DNA from: Blepharisma stoltei ATCC 30299
Taxonomy: Eukaryota > Protista > Ciliophora
Length of the DNA stretch: 64,000 nucleotides
Assembly (NCBI GenBank): GCA_965603825.1
Contig: CBFDEM010000005.1
Location: 124,001-188,000, forward strand
Direction of reading: 5' to 3'
Shown here: positions 23,971-35,418 of the stretch, piece by piece
Layout: every line of letters starts with the position of its first letter
Numbering within the stretch: the first letter of the stretch is position 1
Notes under the pieces: generated by a model
Seen by the model: only the letters and a program-made list of their open reading frames with translations
Told to the model about the DNA's origin: nothing
The model's database searches: none
Translations under genes and position numbers: made by a program

Positions 23971-25101
23971 ATGACTGAGGAAACAAAGCACACAAAAGGT
24001 ATCATCCGCTTGAACGCTTTTTTATGAGAAGAAATCAGCACCCTTGGCCCAATCCCCACACGAAGATCTAACCACACAGCTATTTGCTGAAGAGACTCCT
24101 TATTGATTTTCGGAGGCAAAAACCTATCAGATGGCCAATTTAACGACTTGTGGCTTTTTAGAATAAAACCTCACAGCCCAGACGAAGAAAGATGAATAAA
24201 GTTGGGCATTGTGAATGGTCCGCCACCTATCTGCCGTCATAGTGTTGTTTTATATAACCAATGCATGTATACTTTTGGTGGAATTATAAATGATGAATCA
24301 TGCAACAGTTTATATGTACTGAATTTTGAGTCTATGCAATGAAATTTATTAGTAACTTTAAACAGTCCTAATCCTATTGATTCTCACACTGCCTGCTTAT
24401 TTAATAATCAAATGATTATTTTTGGAGGATTTATCCAAGGAAACCGAGTCAATGATTTGTATGTCTTGAACATTGACACGTTAGAATGGACAAAAAAACA
24501 CAATAGAAACTCCCCTAGCCCCAGATCTAACCATAGTGCTTGTATACATAGCGATTTTATGTATATTTTTGGAGGTTTTGATGATGAGTTTTACAGCGAC
24601 TTATGAAGACTTGACCTGCATACTTATGAGTGGTTCCCAGTAACACCCAAAAATGACCCACCAATAGGCAGAAGTGGCCATAGTGCCGTTGTATATAAAA
24701 ACAGAATTCTTATATTTGGCGGCATGAAAGATGTAGGACATGAGACGAATGAGCTATTTTGCTATGATATTATCAAAAATAAATGGCTATTGCTATGTGA
24801 AGAAGATAACTCAGAAGAAATGAGCAGAATTTCATATGCTGCATCAGTATTTCCTAGGAGAAGATCAAAACTAGTTAAAAAGAGAAACAGCTCAAATGAT
24901 AGGTCTGACACAAAGCCAAGCTTGTTCAGCAGCAGTAGCTGAGGAGGGTATAATGCGAAGTTCGGCAGGAAAGGATGTGCAGCGCCTCCTGCAAGAGATG
25001 GGCATACAGCTGTCATAATGGACGAACAAATGTATATTTTTGGAGGAGATAGACATCAGATTTCTTTTAATGACTTATATGTGCTTGCACTTGGAAGCTA
25101 G
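23971..25101 (+). CDS. Kelch-repeat beta-propeller protein, about 376 aa
   Basis: Repeated PxxRSxH...FGG...NDL...W units. Six in-frame TGAs (24025, 24088, 24193, 24340, 24604, 24940), several at kelch Trp positions. TAG at 25099. Confidence 0.88.
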
Positions 25102-25270
25102 AAACGATATAATATGTTGGATTATTTAAAGCTTATTAAGAGAAAAATATATTTTATATGTGGAAAACATAAGAATTTATATTAAAAGCAATTTTTGCCT
25201 AAATAAAAGCTATAAATAATCTTTTTAAATTGATTATATATTATCTAAGTATTTTAAAATTAATAGGATT

Positions 25271-27265
25271 TTATGGTGAGAGATCAATTTCTTCTTCATT
25301 TAAGTTGTCATAGTCTGGGTCATTTTTTATAGATTTCTGAGGGTAAATTCCAGTGCCTGCAACATTTCTGACATCTTGGATTTCGTACTCAAGCTGCTTC
25401 TTGGTCTTTTTTAATAGGAAATAAGTAATAAGCCCAAATGTGGCTGTTAGCGTTAGGAGAGCTAGAAGTACCCAAAATCAGAATTGCTTGAAAATTGTGG
25501 TCTTATTTCTGTTTTTTGTTAAAATTTGATCGCTATTTGATACTGATAAAATATATGAACAATTTGAAGCAGAAGCGACTGATATTAAAAAATTGCAATT
25601 TGAGCAATAATTTTGGTCATTTGATTTTATTACAATTTCTTGCCCATTTTCACTATTTATAGATGATCAAATATGGCTTGATTCTGTTGGGAAATTTTCA
25701 TTGTTATTTATATCATTGCTAGCGTAATAAATCACATTCCCATGCAGAGGTAATAGTTGAATAGTAAAATCTTTATCAAGATAATTATAAAATGCATAAT
25801 AATTTTCACTATTCTCATCCAGTCTTCCATAAATTGGAATATTCGCTGATATTTTTGAAACCAATTTTTTTTGCTGAGCTACCATAATAACAAATTTAGC
25901 TGCTTGGTTTCCATATACTCCAATAATGTACACCCCTTTAAGGGAAGCTCCATTTTTCCTTACAATTATCAACGAATTGTCTTCAAAATACTCAGATTTT
26001 CAATCATACTGATTATTTTCTGGTATTTTATTCTCTCCTTTAATAGCAAACATATCAAGATTTTTTCCATTTTCTGTTGTCAGGGTTATCACTATATTTG
26101 CATCTTTATCATTGCAATAAAATTTATAATATGTATATTTATTCTGCTCTACAGCACCATGTTTAGGCTCGCCTTCTAATAACCAATAAATATTATCTTG
26201 ATTCGCCTCAATCATATATCTGCAATTCCCTGTAAAGCAATGCACTAATGCTACCACAATACAGTCATCCGATGAGCAATAAGCCTTAAGGTCTTTTGGC
26301 TTAATTTTTATTTCTTCATTTTGTGAGGTAGAATCTGACAGCATGAGGTAGACTATTGGAGTAGGGAGTGTCCAATAATGATAAGAATATCCATAAACTG
26401 AAGGATCTATTATGCTTATATACAGATTTGGGTTACCGTCTGAGGTTTGAAGAGATATAGTAGCCTGGCTTGACGAATTTGTAATAGCGTAAAAATAATC
26501 ATACTCCCAGTTCTTAGTTTGGTGCATCTCAGGGACATTTAAATGCAATAAAGAAGGCGATAAGACATTAGAATGCACTTTAAGTGTATAAGTAGACGAT
26601 AAATACCCATAAATTCCAATATATAAAGTACAAGGCTGACTACTGCAATGTTGCTTTATGTCATGCTCCCAATAAAGACGAATTGAGTCACTTCCATAGT
26701 CGGACTTAAAAAAATCATATTTGGTTGTAGATGGCTGGGTATAGTTGGGGTTTAAAGACATATAAATGTCTGGATCCCCACTTAGCGCGGTAGCTGTTAT
26801 TGTGATGTCTTCATGATCATGCTCAATCAGATAAGAATAATATTTGAATTTGTGTAAACCGACTTGGCCTGCATAAAACATGTCAGTTATTAAACGAATA
26901 TCTTCTCCATGAGATACATATATAGAGTAATTGCATATTGATAGACAAATTACAGATAGAAAATAGTCATGGTTAGGCATAACTTGATTTTTTCCAATTT
27001 TTATTGATTTTTCTGACTGTCCAAAAGTGCTTATATCATAACTTGTATTGTTTGGGATTTTTGATGTTGATAAAAGAAGGTCAGAATTATTGGTACCAGC
27101 CAGTGGGGTTAGAGTAAAAGTAAGATCTGAGATATGGCTTCGATGGGTATGAAATACATACTGATTAGTTCCACCTTCATCATTAGTTATGTGTCCTTCA
27201 ATGATTTCTCCATCTTGTAATGTGATTTGTGCTACGACAAGAGAAAGGATAAAAAAAATAATCAT
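25271..27265 (-). CDS. Type I membrane protein with repeated PPC-like beta-sandwich domains, about 664 aa
   Basis: Signal peptide MIIFFILSLVVA; repeats with GDPDIYMS / GNPNLYIS / LYIGIYGY. TM helix WFWVLLALLTLTATFGLITYFLL followed by KKTKK. TGA at 26000, 25667 and 25478. Confidence 0.75.
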
Positions 27266-27756
27266 TTTAAAATTAATTAAGGTGTTTTAAAAGATACAAA
27301 TTTTGGATAAAAATAAATTTGTGGTAAAAATGGATTAGGCTAAAGATAAATTACGGCCAGAATTGACATTTTTGTTTTGAGAAACAAATATTGCTGGATA
27401 AGATAACAGTTTGCTTGAAAACTATTAAGAAAATAAGCTATAGAAATTATATTTTATTTAAATAAATTCTGAATTTTTTTTGTCTTTGTATTGTGCTAAT
27501 TACTATTAATATTAATTATTGATATTATAAAATAGCAATAAATTAATTAGTGGCATGATCTTTTAAAGATTCTATGCTTGATTTGTTTTGGTCTTGCTTT
27601 TAAACCTTATTCACATAATAGTTTGACAAAATCATTTTATTTCTAAAGCACTCAACCTAAAGCATATAATTTATAATAGCTTAAATTAATAAATATTTAC
27701 TCAAAACAATTTCATAAATTAAAATATGCATAGCTGCTCAATTCTAATATTCTAAG

Positions 27757-30693
27757 ATGGTGATCAAATCAAAAATATATGAAATCCTCAAGCAATACTT
27801 AGGAGATTATCTCTATGGATTTCAAAGAGACCAGCTAGACGTCGCCCTCCTTTCTGGTCGCATTGATCTTGTCAATGTGAATTTCCGTCCATCAAAAGTA
27901 AATGACTTACTCCTTTCTCACGGCCTCCCATTTCATTTAAAAGCTGGATTAATAGGGAAGCTTCGCGTGAAATTTCATTACACCTCAATATTTTCCAACC
28001 CAATCGTAATTGAAATCGATGATCTACTCCTAATCTTCGGGCCTATTTTAAGCGAGCCATCAGAGCCCGCTCATGACAGACTTGACACTTTTGTTTCTGA
28101 TGAAGAACTCTCACAAGATGATTTATTTGAGTCTAATCATACAGACTCTTCTGATTGTGATAATTTAGGATCTGAAGAAGAAGTCCCTGCAATGCCTCAA
28201 GGCACTGATGTGAGGATGCTAAAACCTGCTCAGCCAGTTTATTTTGAAAATGAAGAAGACTCTGAAGTATTCAAGAAGCCAAAAGTTGCTAAGAAAATTG
28301 CATTGCCAGAAGAAGTGAAAAAAGCGCCAGATGCAGCATTTTTCCAAAAACCACAAGAAAAAAAAGCCCCAGAAGCAGCTTATTTTCCAAAACCGCAAGA
28401 AAAAAAAGGCCCGGTCCAAGCAAAACAAGGAGCTCAAGAGCAAAGACCAGGAAAATCAAACCATCAACAAAACATATCCAAAACCCAGCCGAGCCAAGGA
28501 AAAGAGGCTCTTCCACCTCCTCCTTTACAGCCAGAGCATAGAGAAGAAGGCTTAATTGAGCGATACTTTTCAAAAGTTCTAATGAACCTTACCTTAATTG
28601 TCCATCGAGTCCATATCCGGTATGAAGACGAAACTTACCCTTACAATCATCCCTTCGCCTTCGGGATTTCATTAGACAACATGGAGGTAAAAACAGCAAG
28701 CCAGGAATGAATTTTTGATGAGAAACAAGAAATAAAGAAAAAAACTGCAAGAAAAAATACCACAATTAAAGAATGCAAGCTGGAAAGATTTGCAATTTAT
28801 ATGAACTCAATGGCTGGGATGCTGATTCCGACTTCTTTATGGGAAGCGACTTTGCATTCACAAATAGGAATTTTTGAGGCGCTGCCAGCTTATGAAGTTA
28901 GAGACTTAATATTACAAGAAGGCGAAATTTTAAGCAACCATCCGACTGCAGCTTTGCTTTCTCCAGTGAATGGCAGCTTATGCATCACCATTGCTCAAGA
29001 AGCCCCAAAATTGAAGATTTCAGGCATTTTTGAAAAAATCACTATGAGATTTTCTTCAGCGATGGCTGAATCAATTAGGAATTTTTTTGAGTATTTCACC
29101 AATGTACAACTCTGATGGAGTATTAAGAGATATAGGCCAAGCGAAAGAATTATAACAGCTCCAAGGACAGATTTTGAACAGAGGCATTTAATTATAAAGC
29201 GAAGCACCATTATCAAAAAATGGTTCCAATATGCATTCAGATTTATCAGAGCGAAAAGAAAATTAATTAAATATATAAGAGCTAGAAGAAAAGAAGAAGA
29301 AAAAGAAAGAGAGCGCGAAGAACTAATTAGGCAAAAAACCATGCCAAGGAGAACAGAAGCAAAAACCCCTACACCACCTCCTATTCATATTCAAGAACCA
29401 GCTCCTTCTAGCCACAATAACACCCAAAAAGTAAGTTTTCTTTCAAATATCCCTAGCACCCCACAAAGGGAAAACAAAGTCCTATCTTTCCTTGGCATTG
29501 GGAAACCAAGACAAGTCCCAGGCGTCGCAAATACTGATCTAAGTACCCTAGTAAAAGAATATAACATAAAACTTCTCAATACAAGCGCAACTAGTGCTAC
29601 ACAAAATACACCTAAAAAGAAAATTGCAGAGCCCCAAATCAAAAAACAATCCCCAAAAGAAAATATAGTTGAGCCGAAAGCGCCACAAATGAAAGAAAAT
29701 TTTGGCGAAAAATATTTTCCATCTGCTTTTGAAAATTCAGAAATTGATATAAAGAGTTCTGGAGGAGTTTTTGTGATGCTTGACGATGAAACTATGATTG
29801 AATGGGAAACTGGTGTGGAGGAGATATTTTTAAGCTTCAGAATTATGGTAAATACGATGACTGGGGCAATTTTAGCAACAAAAATACATTCAGGGCTTCG
29901 TGACGAAAATGGACAATACAGCTTTTTAGATCTAGGCAAGCTAGGAGAGTCTAAAACTGAAATGGTCAGAGATGGGCTTTTTAAAACTCTAAAACGACAA
30001 GTAATTGAAACTCCTAAAGAAAAAGCCCTCGATTTTACCTTTGTGTACCGTCCTGGTGAGGTGAAATATTTTGGAGAGTCTCACCCTCATTTCAATAAAT
30101 ATGAAATCAAAGGAAAAATCGCCCCGGCGAAGCTTGAATATAAGCACATGTTTTTAACCCATATTTTAGCATTATATGAGTCATTCCAGCTTGACAAAGC
30201 CCATAGAGCTAACCTTGATATGAATTATATAAAAAAATTAGAGCTCAAAAGAAAATCCACTTTAGGTTTTAGAGAAAAATTCATTAAAAAACAGAAAGAA
30301 GTCGCTCATTCTGCTGCGCTTAAAAAATTTGTGCTTACAAGAAAGCTTGTAAAAAGTCTGGTGAAATTCCAGTCAGAATTAAAAAAAAATTTAAAGAAAA
30401 TTGATGCAAAAATTTTGCCTATTTCTTTTGATTGGAATGTAGAGCTTGGAGGGCTTAATTTAGCCTTTTATGATGGCAGAGCACTTCCCTGCTCAGAATT
30501 TTTCTTAAATAAAGGAACAATAGAAATAGTGAAAACTGAAGACCAAATTAAAGCTTGTGCATGGGGGATTGGAGCAGTCGCAAGAGATTCCCTTGAAAAT
30601 CTGCACGACTATTATGAAGGGATCTCCAGCATTGTTGGTGATAAACTGAAAGAACTTAAAGCCACTATTGAATCTTTAAAGATTTATGAATAA
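27757..30693 (+). CDS. Short VPS13/chorein-N-domain (bridge-like lipid transfer) protein, about 978 aa
   Basis: ILKQYLGDYL...LDVALLSGRIDL...GLPFHLKAGLIGKL, LTLIVHRVHIRYED and RYRP...KWFQYA. TGA at 28708 and 29113 join three ORFs. Confidence 0.8.
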
Positions 30694-30742
30694 AAAATTG
30701 ATAAATAAATTCGCAAAATTATTGTAGATTCAGTCTGAGTCT

Positions 30743-31157
30743 TTAGTTAATATAAGGTTTTGGCTCGTTAAAAATTTCTTCTACAGCACGATCAAGTGCT
30801 CTTCTGGTAACTGGGTAAAAGGTAAGACACTCTTCTAATGTCAATCTTCTTGAATTTCCTACAGGAACATCATCTCTATGTCGGATTAACAAAATGTGCA
30901 GGAAATTGCAGTTAAAATAAGTAAGGAAAGAAATCTTTGAGCCTTTATGCCGCTTTTTGTGCAGTAAAAATAGCTTCATAAGCCAAATCCATAGCAGAGA
31001 GCCATTTTAAAGTTAAACCAAAACCCTGTTGTGCTATCTTTGCCAAAAAATTCATTCCAGTGTAATATTTAACTTGTCCCATTCCTCTAAGACCTTCAAC
31101 GGGCTGCCCTTTTTCATTTATATGAGGACGAGTATATAATTTCCAGATTCCTGACAT
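30743..31157 (-). CDS. Small hypothetical protein with an unresolved frame discontinuity
   Basis: Two overlapping protein-like ORFs in different frames. Removing a 16-nt GC..AG segment (30935-30950) joins them. Confidence 0.4.
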
Positions 31158-31347
31158 TTCTAAAATTAAGATAAGACTGTTTATAAGTCTAATAATAAAA
31201 TTAATATTAAATTATCACAAATAATTATGGTTTCTATATATGGCCGATTAATAAATAATCCTAATTTTGTCAAAAGTTTTTTTTATATGAAATTTCTGTT
31301 CTCAATGATCCTCAAATTCTCTATAAGCAAATAGTTATATAAATAAA

Positions 31348-32541
31348 ATGAACAACTTTCCTATAGAGATCATTGGTGAAATCATGCTGTTTCTTGATAT
31401 CAGAACCCTTTTCACATCTTTTGCGATTCTAGATCATTCTTTTTATGAAATATGCACAAGCGAGTATAATCTTTCAAGATACCTATCAAACATAACAAAA
31501 ATTAGTCAAGTCTTCCTATTGCCCAAGTCTCAGATTTTTGCTTTACTCAAACAAATATCAACTCCAAGCAATCGGGTAAAGCTAGATTTCACAGGTTTCG
31601 CTACAAGTGGAGGGGTTGATGAGGATATCCCAATATATTGGGTTGACCAGCTGTTTACAGAAGAGGGGAAGCCTTATTGCACAAGGGAAAACAAATTAAA
31701 TATAAATTGCGCAGGAGTGTTATCGGACACTCAAAATGACTCCATAGGGCTTGCTGCAAGGCAAGAAATTGCTTCATTTATTAGAAACCATGTAAGGCTT
31801 AAAGAAATATTCTCTGAGCATCTCGGAAAAAATGACGAAGATTTAAATAATTTTGAGCTTAATTTATTCAAAGAAGTATGAGAAAGAGCTCAATTCATTA
31901 TATTTGAGGGCACCGATATTTCAGAAGACGAAAGAAGAGTAAAATGAATACGCTATAAAGAAGTTTATTCTGAAGCCAGACAATCTGAAATAGATCTGAT
32001 GAAATACAGAAGGAGAGCTGATGATCCTTTTATATTAGTTAAACCTTTAAGCTTCAAAGAAACATCTAAGAAATTATATGCCTATGCACAGTCTTTTGAA
32101 TTTAGTAGAGAAGGAAGGATGACATGCCCTGTACAGACTTTTATGATCTTTATAAGTGAGGTTTATATTGATATCGAAAGCGAGGATTTAGCTTTATATG
32201 ATAATTTGATGACTTCCGAAGATATTGATGCATTGATTGAAAATGATAAAAGAGTATCAAAAGCTTATCCTTTGGTTATAGAGCCGGGATATCAATATAG
32301 GTTGTTCCATCAGACTAAAAATATGCTAAAACCAATAGTATGGGGGAAATTTAATATAAAAGAAGGAGAAAAAATGATAGTCGATCTGAAAGATGCGTTT
32401 TCTGGAGTTTACCTTTATGTGAAGCTCATAAACCCTGAAAATCGAATGGCAGAGCTTAATGACCTTCACGAGTTTACAAATATAGATGCAAGATATGTAA
32501 GATTATACGGCCAGCAGCTTACTTTTGATATAGAAAACTAA
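31348..32541 (+). CDS. F-box-like protein, about 397 aa
   Basis: N-terminal NNFPIEIIGEIMLFLD...LDHSFYEI resembles an F-box. TGA at 31879 and 31945 join the ORFs. Confidence 0.6.
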
Positions 32542-32595
32542 GAAATAATGAATATGTTTTATTTTCACCCATATTAAATAATAATTTCAGTTAAT

Positions 32596-33360
32596 CTATT
32601 TGTAAGCTATTCCTAATACAATTAAAGCATTAAATACAATCATATATGCAAAAGCCTCAGCACTTAACGATCCTATTTTCATATATTTCAGCTTATAAGA
32701 AATCCGAATCTGCCATGGAATAAGTAGTAGAGGCAACCCTCTTGAAATTGAATAACTGGCCATATCTATTGCTATATATAAGTCAGAAAACAAGCAAAAC
32801 AGCACAATCATCTTAAAACACCCATGCTTTCCTAATATAATTGCTGTGCTTACTATACTTTTTTTGGTATCATCTCTGGAGGAGCGGCATTCCTTGATTA
32901 ATCCTCATGTCTGCCAGGATAAATGAGAAGGCACCATATCGAGAACTAGCCTAAAGGACAGTTTACCAGTCAATACCATTGAAGACATCATGACTAATAA
33001 AAATCCATGGAGCAGTCTGAAGTTTCCTGATAAGCCATGGTTATCAAGATAGAGAGGAGGGCAAAATTGTAAAACTGCTACTATGATGTCTACGAGTGCT
33101 GTCGCTAAAAAGATAATCCAATGGTCGACAGCTGAACAATAACTAAGCAGAAATCCCGAAAAAAGAGCAAAAGTAGCAAGCCCAAGAATCAGACAAATTT
33201 TTTCATCCTTTTGCCATGAGTGCTTTTTGAGTAATATTGAAGAAATATAGTAAAATAAAATTGTAAGGGTTCATAACAAGGTCCTTTCTTCAACCCAGCT
33301 GTCAGAATTCATATAGACACATACGAAAATTTGTGTGAATGCTGCTATGATTTCTCGCAT
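32596..33360 (-). CDS. Multi-pass membrane protein, divergent UbiA/MenA/UBIAD1-like, about 254 aa
   Basis: Open from ATG 33360 with two TGAs. QFCPPLYLDNHGL and CRSSRDDTKKSIVSTAIILG resemble MenA YxxxPxxLxYxGL and RDxxxDxxxGxxTLAxxLG. Confidence 0.55.
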
Positions 33361-33384
33361 AAATTTATTTTTATTAATAAATGA

Positions 33385-35367
33385 TTAGTTAGTTAATATG
33401 AAAGCAAAAAGCAATGAGGCAAAAGCTATATACGCAGAAGAGTCAACGTGCTTTCTTTCCAATAACGTCCAGTATTCAGATGTGTAAATTGATTTTACGC
33501 AGTCAGGGTTAAACTGTAATAACGGGTACTGCTGGTAATATGTAAAATTAAGTATATAATCATAAAAATTATCAAGATAATCCGAATATTTCATATAGCA
33601 GTTTACACTTTTTCTTGAAAAAGTATTACAGTTTACTTTTGCTTGTGCCAAAGATTTCCAGCTTGAAATTGCGTTTTGCAAATAAGAATCCCCTTCAAAT
33701 GGAGGACAATAACTGTATCCATATTCACTATATCCACAAGCACAGTCTTTTTGATAATTATTAGTTGAGTCATAACAGACTCCTCCAGGCAAGCAAGGTG
33801 TTATCGTTTGACTCGATATAGGCGCTACCGCACACTGGTAGCTTTGTTCACCTTGTGGAATTGTGGCAAATCCACTATTACAAACAGAAGAATAGCCATA
33901 ATAATCTACTTGATCTACCTCAGCACCAAGCGGCAATGAATAATACAGTGTACAAATCCCTAAATTGCAGGCATAATTATTCTGACATTGATACTCATCG
34001 CTGCAGTTCTTTCCTGGCTCAATCTGTGCTTGACAAGTCTGAGTGCTTGGGTCACAATATAGCCCTGGGTTACAGTCATATACATAAACACATTTAGAAT
34101 TTGCTGGGAGCCCTTGACAAGAAAGTGATTTACAGTGCCCTGATGTACATTCATGACCTGATTTACAAAAATCTCCAGGATACTTAAGAGTTGCATTATA
34201 AATTTGACATGTAGAATTAGTAAATCTTGTAGGCTCACAGACCTTATCATCACTGCAAGGGTTAATAAACAAGGCTTCTTGGACTGCATATGCATTAGTT
34301 TCTTTAGCATATACAATACATTGGTCTTTTTCCCATTCTTTATTAGGCGGCGTACAATAATAAACTGGGCATCTTTGTGATATCCCTTTAGAATTGCTAA
34401 CTAAATTCCAATATAAACTTGTATAAATTGACTGTATACAGACATTGTTTTGGTTGCCTTGGATTAAAGGCCAATAGTTTTCAAAATACAGTGTATAGTT
34501 GCTTGCCCAGTTATAATAAGCTTGCTGGGCTGTAAAAGGAAGCAATGCAAAGCATTGGTAGCTCCACCTGTTATAAGAATTGCAATTATCATTAAGTGTG
34601 CTAAGGATAATCCAGTCTTGGATCATAGTTTGGACATATTCATCCCCTTCAAACAGTGGACAAAAAGCATCTCCTCGTGAATTATACCCACATGTGCAGT
34701 TTTTCGCATATTTTCCATCTTTTGATATACATTTGCTGTCAGGCTGACATGTGATTGGTAACGGTCCATTACTTACAGGTGGCTGTGTACATATATAAAT
34801 ACCTGCTTTTTCATAGGCAAAACCGGTCTCACAGGCCATATTAAAGCCAGATGGGTCAACTTCGACGTCATTAAAAGTTGTATTTATAGGTGCAGAAAAT
34901 ATCTGGGTGCATACGCTGGACATGCAGACTGCGGAATTCACACACATATCGTGGTATAAGCACTTTTTACCGGTTGGCAACTGAGGTAAACAGAGGTTTT
35001 CTACTAAGTCGCAATAGAGGCCTGGGTTGCATTCCCATGGATTAATGCATGGGTAGTTTACTGCAGTTCCTTGGCATGTGCTACCTTCACATAGCCCACT
35101 GATGCAGTCTGAGTTATATGTACAAAGCTCACCTGGGTAGTTAAAGTTAGGGGCTGGCTCATAGGCTTGGCATTTTTGGTTCTTTTTAGGATCTGTCGGA
35201 CAATATTCTTCTTTAGAACATGTCGATAAATCGTAGACGTCAAATCCTGATTTTTTGGAATGCCTTATGCAGGTTTCTTCTTTTCCTGCTACACAGTTAT
35301 ACTTCCCACATTTAGTTGAGGAAAGCACTTCTACTACCAAAATAAAGATCCACCACAAGTGTTGCAT
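33385..35367 (-). CDS. Secreted/GPI-anchored Cys-rich surface protein with a two-fold internal duplication, 660 aa
   Basis: Signal peptide. Two copies of YPGxxC...CNPGLYCD...CxCGY...CPxFEGDxY. Hydrophobic C-terminus SSAYIAFASLLFAFILTN. Confidence 0.85.
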   Translation of the reverse strand: MQHLWWIFILVVEVLSSTKCGKYNCVAGKEETCIRHSKKSGFDVYDLSTCSKEEYCPTDPKKNQKCQAYEPAPNFNYPGELCTYNSDCISGLCEGSTCQGTAVNYPCINPWECNPGLYCDLVENLCLPQLPTGKKCLYHDMCVNSAVCMSSVCTQIFSAPINTTFNDVEVDPSGFNMACETGFAYEKAGIYICTQPPVSNGPLPITCQPDSKCISKDGKYAKNCTCGYNSRGDAFCPLFEGDEYVQTMIQDWIILSTLNDNCNSYNRWSYQCFALLPFTAQQAYYNWASNYTLYFENYWPLIQGNQNNVCIQSIYTSLYWNLVSNSKGISQRCPVYYCTPPNKEWEKDQCIVYAKETNAYAVQEALFINPCSDDKVCEPTRFTNSTCQIYNATLKYPGDFCKSGHECTSGHCKSLSCQGLPANSKCVYVYDCNPGLYCDPSTQTCQAQIEPGKNCSDEYQCQNNYACNLGICTLYYSLPLGAEVDQVDYYGYSSVCNSGFATIPQGEQSYQCAVAPISSQTITPCLPGGVCYDSTNNYQKDCACGYSEYGYSYCPPFEGDSYLQNAISSWKSLAQAKVNCNTFSRKSVNCYMKYSDYLDNFYDYILNFTYYQQYPLLQFNPDCVKSIYTSEYWTLLERKHVDSSAYIAFASLLFAFILTN

Positions 35368-35418
35368 TAATTTTTACTAAGAAATGTACAGAAAAATCAT
35401 TTAATCAGAAATTATTTA

